In this document: in pieces, positions 58,147 to 64,000 of the stretch
Layout: each line of letters opens with the position of its first letter
Position numbering within the stretch: the stretch's first letter is position 1
DNA from: a virus
Strand: one strand, 5' to 3'
Virus record (IMG/VR): IMGVR_UViG_3300050821_010764
Location: 32,001 to 96,000 of that record
DNA length: 64,000 nucleotides
Made by a program: the position numbers and the translations under genes
The notes under the pieces: generated by a model
Database searches by the model: none
The model's input: only the letters and a program-made list of their open reading frames with translations
Told to the model about the DNA's origin: nothing

Positions 58147-59217
58147 ATGACCCTAACCAATAGTGAAATCAAACTATATAATGATATCCTGATAGCAGAA
58201 ATTATCCTATCAGATACCAATGGTTTGTCTAAAACGGCACAAGAGGGTGTCGCTTCACAATTGATTAGTAAAGTTCATAGTTACGTTAGTAACAACATTA
58301 ATCCAGAAGATAAAACTGGCAGTTTACTTAACATGCTGGCTCCAGGTGCCATTACCGTTCTTTTTAGAGCATTAGGTTTGGGTTGGTTAGGATTTTTGTT
58401 TGGTATCGCTATGAGGGTATTTCATATTGACGTTGCCAGTATTATTGAATCTATTTGGAATTCTTTGAAAAGTGAATTGAGTGGCGGGAAGCAAATGACT
58501 TCTGCTCAAGTAGATAATATCGTCAATAGTGCAGTAGAAACTCATACTAAACCAGCTACCCAAGAAGAGGCTGAAAAAGCCTCTCAAACTTATCAACTAC
58601 AATCGGTTAATTTTCGAGATGCTAAGATGTTGAAACTAGCATTAGCAGATTATGCTTTGTTAGAGTGCGGCATTATTAAACAGTCTGGAATTTTAGACAT
58701 TTTCAGTTCTCAAAAAACAAAGACAGCCTCTATTTTGTCTAGGGTGCTCAGTCTATTTTTCAAGGTGGCTTTAGCCTCTGCTGCTGCCATGGTAGCCGGA
58801 GATGTCATCAACAAATTTTTAGGAAGACCTAATGCGCTGGATGACACCATGCAACATGGTAAGCCGGTGGGTGAACAAGCTACCGCTCCTGCGGTTATTT
58901 CTAAGCAGACCAAGTTTAAGGTTAGTCCATCTTATCATGATACTCCTAAGGGAGGTAATTGGATAGAAAATGTTTCTAATACTAAAGAAGGTATTCAGGA
59001 TATGTTAACTAGATTTACCAAAGAAGTATATCCAGATACCGGTAGTATGGATGGTGTTATTAGAAGTACGGCTGGATTTCAAGCCATTGTAGATAATATT
59101 CTATGGCACAATCATACTTCTGCTGGCGGACCTATTGTTTTTATTCCGCCCATGTTTAGTTCTAAAAAAATGTTGGTTGACCACTTCATCGACGACGTGG
59201 CGGAAAAAGCTCCCTAA
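58147..59217 (+). CDS. Membrane-helix-containing internal/ejection protein candidate
   Basis: LAPGAITVLFRALGLGWLGFLFGIAM and LFFKVALASAAAMVAG hydrophobic segments; KTAQ. Confidence 0.5.
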   Translation: MTLTNSEIKLYNDILIAEIILSDTNGLSKTAQEGVASQLISKVHSYVSNNINPEDKTGSLLNMLAPGAITVLFRALGLGWLGFLFGIAMRVFHIDVASIIESIWNSLKSELSGGKQMTSAQVDNIVNSAVETHTKPATQEEAEKASQTYQLQSVNFRDAKMLKLALADYALLECGIIKQSGILDIFSSQKTKTASILSRVLSLFFKVALASAAAMVAGDVINKFLGRPNALDDTMQHGKPVGEQATAPAVISKQTKFKVSPSYHDTPKGGNWIENVSNTKEGIQDMLTRFTKEVYPDTGSMDGVIRSTAGFQAIVDNILWHNHTSAGGPIVFIPPMFSSKKMLVDHFIDDVAEKAP

Positions 59218-59267
59218 TCAGGTGATATGAGAGCATATAATTACACTTTCCATATGGTGAGAATATA

Positions 59268-60515
59268 ATGAGCAGAAGCGAAATTTTTGATGCATTTGTC
59301 AAAATAGCCCAAGAAAAGGGCATGATCTCCAATGATTCCAGCGACTCCAAAAAGAAGCTAGAACAGACAGGTCGTGCAGACTCTTTGGATATTTCTGCCA
59401 TTGAGGCTTTATATGGTGTGAAACCTAATACACCTAAGGGTTCTGATTATAAAGACAATATTATGGAAGCTGCCCATCCAAACTCGGTAGTGGTAGCACC
59501 ATCTTACGACAAGCTTAACGGTCTAGTCGAGAACAATATCGAAAGACAGAACATCATTCTTCACATTGTTCAAAAGACTCCAGACGGATTGCAGACTCAA
59601 CGTAAATATGCGGAACAAGAATTGCTTCTGTCTTTGGTACGTATCGGTAATGATCTAGATAATCGTGATGAAGATCAATTGCGTGTATTGGCAGATTCTT
59701 GCCTATTACAACTAAAAAAAAACTCTGAAGGCTTCAAGAAAGAAGCTATCGGTCCATTAGCTATTGCCTTAATTGCAGCCGCTGTTATTGGTGCAATTTA
59801 TGCGCATCAACATTTAGCAGATGCTAATCATGGAATGATGCAAGCAACGCAAAATTTACAATCAACTCTTAGTAAGTTTGCAAGTAGCAGTGTAGATTGG
59901 GGTGTAGGTCATGAATATGATCAAGATCTTAAATCAGATGTTCAAGGATTAAAAGACAGAATCGATTTGTTTTCTCAAACATATCAATCATTGGAAGCTA
60001 TTATCAGAGAACTAGAAAGACCAAAGGATGCAACTGAGTTAAAGCAGATTGCTGCTCAACCAGAATCACAACAAGTGGTAGCTGCATACAATAAATTGTA
60101 TGAGCTAATCACGAATATGTCTGCCTATATGGATAAGATTGAGACTGATTTTAAGTCAGAGTTCTATAAGACTCGTCACACTAAAGATACGGGAGTTCTA
60201 ACCAAAGGTTTAGAATGGGCTCATTTAGAGGGCGGAACTACTTCTTTGTTTGCCGATCCTTTCCAAGACGTAATGAATGCCATTCCTCCATTCAAAGAAA
60301 ACGTTAAATCGCTTCTTGATATGTTGAAGGAAGCTAAATCCAGAGAAGCTAAGGCGCGTGCCGAATTACTAGCCGCTCAATCTAAGGCTAAAGAAGAATA
60401 TGGCAGTGGCGCTACTACCAGTTGGGATGATAAATCCCATGAAAAAGAGCCAGAATCTCATGTTCGTAAGCTAGAAGAGGACTTAAAGGGTCTTATTCCG
60501 GCTGGGATGAGATAA
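59268..60515 (+). CDS. Internal/ejection protein candidate (AHP family) with a TM helix
   Basis: SEIFDAFVKIAQEKGMI; NIMEAAHP; KKEA-IGPLAIALIAAAVIGAIYA. Confidence 0.5.
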   Translation: MSRSEIFDAFVKIAQEKGMISNDSSDSKKKLEQTGRADSLDISAIEALYGVKPNTPKGSDYKDNIMEAAHPNSVVVAPSYDKLNGLVENNIERQNIILHIVQKTPDGLQTQRKYAEQELLLSLVRIGNDLDNRDEDQLRVLADSCLLQLKKNSEGFKKEAIGPLAIALIAAAVIGAIYAHQHLADANHGMMQATQNLQSTLSKFASSSVDWGVGHEYDQDLKSDVQGLKDRIDLFSQTYQSLEAIIRELERPKDATELKQIAAQPESQQVVAAYNKLYELITNMSAYMDKIETDFKSEFYKTRHTKDTGVLTKGLEWAHLEGGTTSLFADPFQDVMNAIPPFKENVKSLLDMLKEAKSREAKARAELLAAQSKAKEEYGSGATTSWDDKSHEKEPESHVRKLEEDLKGLIPAGMR

Positions 60516-60624
60516 TTTTTATCAAAATCTGGTAATAACAGAATATGCTTTGTAGATTTAGTAAGAAAAAGTGTAAGTAACTTATCGCAGACAAGGTCTC
60601 GATATTATAATTTAGGAAACTAAA

Positions 60625-61341
60625 ATGTCTTTAAAACTATTGCAACCAGGCGTCCAACCACTAGGTCAATTTGACGGTTATGACTCCGATTTCTTGACTC
60701 TTAAGGGCGGTGAGATTGTTACACTCATTTCCGTTCCAGTGCCAGGCACTGATCACGCAGCTGCTGACTCTTTTGACGGATACGTCAACCCAGGTAGCGT
60801 GCAAAAACGTCCAGTTGTGACTCGTAACGTCGCAACCACCAAGCGTCCTTTGATGCTTTCTGATGATGGTATTACTGGCTACGGTACTCTATTCGGAGCC
60901 GTTGTTGGTGGAACTGTTGGTCAGCAAGTAAATGGACCAACCACCTTTACTGGTGCGCTTCTAGGACCTCACACTGCAACTGGTTCTGGCAAGGTAACTT
61001 GCTGGGAAAAGCCAGGTCTATATGCCGTCTCTCTTGATGCATGTGACACTGATGCAGTAACTGGTTTGCAACCAACCAACACCACTCTTGATGTTGGCGC
61101 TGCTTTGACCTTCGTTCCTGCTCTAGCCCTTGGTGGTCAATTGACTCCAGTGGGTAGCACCGCAGCCGCAGGTAACACTGTTGTTGTTGCTCGTCTAGTC
61201 GACTTCGAAACCAACGGATCTTTGGTAACCACTCCAAACAGACTAGTTGCCGCTCTAAACAGCCCATCTGGTTTGGTCAGCTCTGTCGGTCCTCGTCAGT
61301 TCGCCTTCGCAACCTTCTACTTCAACCCACCAGTTGCCTAA
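60625..61341 (+). CDS. Capsid decoration/minor capsid protein
   Basis: Directly upstream of the capsid gene; Gly/Thr/Val-rich; TATGSGKVTCW. Confidence 0.65.
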   Translation: MSLKLLQPGVQPLGQFDGYDSDFLTLKGGEIVTLISVPVPGTDHAAADSFDGYVNPGSVQKRPVVTRNVATTKRPLMLSDDGITGYGTLFGAVVGGTVGQQVNGPTTFTGALLGPHTATGSGKVTCWEKPGLYAVSLDACDTDAVTGLQPTNTTLDVGAALTFVPALALGGQLTPVGSTAAAGNTVVVARLVDFETNGSLVTTPNRLVAALNSPSGLVSSVGPRQFAFATFYFNPPVA

Positions 61342-61362
61342 GTTAGTTGCTTAAATAATTCA

Positions 61363-61429
61363 AGCGTTTCGTGGATTAACTTTCACAAAACGCTCTATCA
61401 CACGCAAGTGTGTCGCTGGTAAGACTGGC
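61363..61429 (+). promoter_or_regulatory. Structured 5' leader of the major capsid gene
   Basis: AGCGTTT.GTGGA/TTCAC.AAACGCT, CACAC-GCAA-GTGTG and GCTGGT/ACTGGC hairpins. Confidence 0.5.
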
Positions 61430-61454
61430 AAATAATTCCACTAGGAGACGATTT

Positions 61455-62468
61455 ATGAATATGTTTAGCAACCAAGGCCAAATGAATGCCTCATCCCTTA
61501 AGGATGCACTACAAACTCTTGTTAAGTATGCAGCCGTTCTTGAAGAGAACACTCCATCTAACATGGGTCTTGCAGGACAAACTGCCCTAAGTGATGATAA
61601 GCGCGATGAATTGATTTCTCGCGCTATTATGACTCAAGATGGCAAGATTGCTCTAGCTCAGGCTATGGCAAACCCAATCCGTAGAAACTTGGATTACCAC
61701 GGTATCGCACGTCGTGCCTTGGTCGTTGACCCACTACCACAAGGTGCAATGCCAACTTACGATAGAGATATCGATGTTGCTGCTGTTGTTATCTCAAGCA
61801 ACGGTACTGGTCCAGAGTCCAGAGTATTCGGCGACAGAGTTGTCGTTCCAGAATTCGAAATCTATGCAAACCCAACGGTGAGAATCGCTGAAGTTAAGAG
61901 ACGTAGATTTAACGTAATTGACAGAGCAGTTCAGAAGGCTCGTCAAGAAATCATGGCTCAGGAAGATGCTAACATCTTCGCAGCTCTTGATGCAGCAGCT
62001 TCTGTTGAAAACGTCCTAACCGACATCGCAGATGCAGGTCTTCTAAAGAGAGACCTTGTCGAAATCAAGCAACAAATTGATCGTTGGGACTTAGTTACTA
62101 CTAAGTACTTCATGAACATCAATGAGTTCACTGATATCCTTAAGTGGGGTTCAGGTGGTGGACAAGGCGTAGGCGGCGGAGATTTCGATCCTGTCACTAT
62201 GAGAGAAGTTCTACAAACTGGTCTTTACGCCCACATCTGGGGTACTGACATCATGGTTTCCAAGATCGTTCCACCAGGAACCATCTACGGTGCCGCAGAC
62301 CCTGAGTTCGTTGGTGTTATGCCAATCAGACAGGACATTGAAGTGCTACCAGCAGACGAGCCAAAGCAATTGAAGCTTGGATGGGTAGTTTCCGAGATCA
62401 TCGGTATTGCTATCGTTAACCCACGTGGTTGCGCAGCAGGTCGTAAGTCTGTCGTAATCGGAGCCTAA
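61455..62468 (+). CDS. Major capsid protein (HK97 fold)
   Basis: AGGAG RBS; ALAQAMANPIR..LDY.GIAR, FEI.ANP.V...EV..RRFNVIDRA...A..EI..QED; followed by a strong terminator. Confidence 0.85.
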   Translation: MNMFSNQGQMNASSLKDALQTLVKYAAVLEENTPSNMGLAGQTALSDDKRDELISRAIMTQDGKIALAQAMANPIRRNLDYHGIARRALVVDPLPQGAMPTYDRDIDVAAVVISSNGTGPESRVFGDRVVVPEFEIYANPTVRIAEVKRRRFNVIDRAVQKARQEIMAQEDANIFAALDAAASVENVLTDIADAGLLKRDLVEIKQQIDRWDLVTTKYFMNINEFTDILKWGSGGGQGVGGGDFDPVTMREVLQTGLYAHIWGTDIMVSKIVPPGTIYGAADPEFVGVMPIRQDIEVLPADEPKQLKLGWVVSEIIGIAIVNPRGCAAGRKSVVIGA

Positions 62469-62491
62469 TAAGCCTGATTGAATAAAGTTCA

Positions 62492-62531
62492 AAATCCCCT
62501 CTTAGCGAAAGCTAAGAGGGGATTTCTATTT
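62492..62531. terminator. Terminator between the convergent capsid and CCA genes, probably bidirectional
   Basis: AAATCCCCTCTTAGC-GAAA-GCTAAGAGGGGATTT, perfect 15-bp stem. Confidence 0.9.
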
Positions 62532-63773
62532 CTACTGTCCTGCCGCGAAGTCCAGCAAGAAGCTCTTGTTATTGTTGTCCGGATTTCTCAGAATTTCCAA
62601 ATAACAAGCTTCCAAAATGGATTTAATTTGCGGTCCCGGCTTGATGCCGATAACCAGCAAATCGTCTCCATTTAATTGCATTTCGCGCTTGGCGAAGACA
62701 GTTTCGCTAACGTATTTGCCGAACTGCACCCTAGAGTTGATTTCCATAGCCTCAGTCAATCGTATAAATTGGTCAAAGGTATAGTCCCAGGGGTCAGGGG
62801 CATGGTTCTTAATGACCGCCATAAAGCTCTTATAAGCCAAAGGCGTGTCCTTCTTAAGGAATTCATTATACCTGTCCAAAAGGCTCAGTAAGAAAGTGAC
62901 TCTTTTGATTTCTTTATTAGGAAACTTTAAGAATAACAGTTCTGCCTGTACCTGTTCGACTGGGCACATGCCATACATAAATGCCAAGCGAGTTTCTAGT
63001 TCCTCTTGACATTTATCTAAGAAGGGCAAGAAGTGCATATAGACATCTCGGCTACAGAGGAATGGACAAGCCACTGCCAATGCACCCGATTGTTGAAGCA
63101 GTTGAATCCCATACGAAGGATCCTTCGTCATCAAGGTTTTGCACAACTCATCTTGAATACGTTCCTTGGAAACCTTCTTCAAGGTTTCAAGGCTGCTTTT
63201 CATTCCAGTAAAAGTAGGAGATTCCACCGCATAACCAAAACGAGCGGCGAATCGTGCAACTCGCATGATTCGGAGTCCGTCTTCTTGGAATCTAGTTTCT
63301 GGATTTCCAACTGCTCGAATAATTCCTTTGTGTAGGTCTTCTAATCCACCATAAGGATCGACTAAACGATCTGCAATAGGGTCGTAGGCGATAGCGTTGA
63401 TGGTCAAGTCTCGTCTTGCCAAGTCTTGTTCCACATTGAGCACAAAGAAGACTTCTTCTGGACGTCGTCCGTCCTTGTATTCTCCTTCGATGCGAAAGGT
63501 GGTAACTTCGAAATGATTTTCGACACCTGGACCCATCACTACCGTGACAGTTCCGTGCTGCAAACCCGTGGGAATGGTCTTAGGAAATAATCCAATGACT
63601 TCTTGCGGGCTAGCATCCGTGGTAATATCCCAATCCTTGGGGGTTTGACCAAGCAGTAAGTCGCGCACACACCCACCTACGATGAAGGCTTGGTAACCTT
63701 CCGCGCTCAGGACGCGGCACACCTCGAAAGCTTGAGGATTGACGTGTTGTTGCGAAATTTGTACGTTTAGCAT
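62532..63773 (-). CDS. cca: CCA-adding tRNA nucleotidyltransferase (class II)
   Basis: VGGCVRD, DWDITT, EVTTFR.E..Y.DGRRP loop, DLARRDLTINA, FQEDGLRIMR, SKERI..E. Confidence 0.93.
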   Translation of the reverse strand: MLNVQISQQHVNPQAFEVCRVLSAEGYQAFIVGGCVRDLLLGQTPKDWDITTDASPQEVIGLFPKTIPTGLQHGTVTVVMGPGVENHFEVTTFRIEGEYKDGRRPEEVFFVLNVEQDLARRDLTINAIAYDPIADRLVDPYGGLEDLHKGIIRAVGNPETRFQEDGLRIMRVARFAARFGYAVESPTFTGMKSSLETLKKVSKERIQDELCKTLMTKDPSYGIQLLQQSGALAVACPFLCSRDVYMHFLPFLDKCQEELETRLAFMYGMCPVEQVQAELLFLKFPNKEIKRVTFLLSLLDRYNEFLKKDTPLAYKSFMAVIKNHAPDPWDYTFDQFIRLTEAMEINSRVQFGKYVSETVFAKREMQLNGDDLLVIGIKPGPQIKSILEACYLEILRNPDNNNKSFLLDFAAGQ

Positions 63774-63780
63774 GTCACCG

Positions 63781-63808
63781 AACGTAAATCTTTAAAAATT
63801 GCTGTCAA
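63781..63808 (-). promoter_or_regulatory. Sigma70-like promoter giving a probably leaderless cca transcript
   Basis: TTGACA-16 nt-TACGTT, then 7 nt to the ATG, no SD. Confidence 0.5.
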
Positions 63809-63879
63809 GGGTTGCGGATATTTATCCGGGGCAAGTGTAATAATACAGCATAATATTGAACTACACCCGAAAGAAGAGC

Positions 63880-64000
63880 ATGAAACTAGACACCATTTCA
63901 GAGCTATATCAATTAATTTCTAGCGGAACTCAAAATCTTCCAGCTAGAAAACAATCTATTCTGCTAAGAAAAGCGGGTCTTGCTGCTCATGTGTCTGGCA
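63880..64000 (+). CDS. Partial ORF running off the window (MKLDTISELYQ...)
   Basis: Open to the window end; preceded by an ATA-N7-ATA motif. Confidence 0.5.
   Translation, partial: MKLDTISELYQLISSGTQNLPARKQSILLRKAGLAAHVSG

Noticed and set aside
60625-62468. Encapsulin operon or cellular chromosome
   Set aside because: Terminase, portal and prohead protease lie in the same module, and the host-like genes are scattered among phage replication genes
28660-62468. Claim that the virus is tailless
   Set aside because: No tail genes were recognised here, but the window covers only part of the genome
329-63335. Most short minus-strand and alternate-frame ORFs in the supplied track
   Set aside because: They overlap well-supported genes, lack RBS or motifs, and look like shadow ORFs
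1-64000. Stop-codon reassignment as seen in some large phages
   Set aside because: Known genes (dnaE, recA, terminase, capsid) are full length in the standard code, and TAA, TGA and TAG all end genes
1-64000. tRNA genes
   Set aside because: No cloverleaf with a T-loop GTTCRA was found by eye in the short intergenic regions; tRNAscan-SE would be decisive

Overview
The window is a gene-dense, almost entirely plus-strand segment of a large (jumbo-type) HK97-lineage bacteriophage genome read in the standard code. 1-28.5 kb is a replication, recombination and host-takeover module: MT-A70 methyltransferase, HNH nuclease, peptide deformylase with SEC-C tail, SbcCD, dNMP kinase, PD-(D/E)XK exonuclease, trigger factor, M41-like protease, DnaE, RecA, SSB, RuvC-like resolvase, DnaJ, a primase split into two distant genes, and a sigma region-4-like protein. 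It ends at a strong terminator. 28.6-62.5 kb is an unusually expanded head module: terminase, portal, a 1188-aa prohead protease-scaffold, two decoration-like paralogs, the major capsid protein and about 25 further genes, including a nucleotidyltransferase, a lytic transglycosylase, a tyrosine phosphatase and membrane-helix proteins. A canonical CCA-adding enzyme follows on the minus strand. The best candidate for an undescribed system is a head cargo-loading and maturation code: otherwise unrelated head-module proteins share a short helical-hairpin motif and two short motifs at domain boundaries (K-x-[AGS] and D-x-N-x-A), and a gene in the replication module carries a 51-aa copy of the scaffold C-terminal domain. 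Also notable are nascent-chain processing factors (PDF, trigger factor, DnaJ), a CRIPT-like zinc protein, a nucleotidyltransferase with an altered template motif, several structured RNA candidates and two recurring promoter-like motifs. All calls come from motif recognition by eye; no database searches were run.
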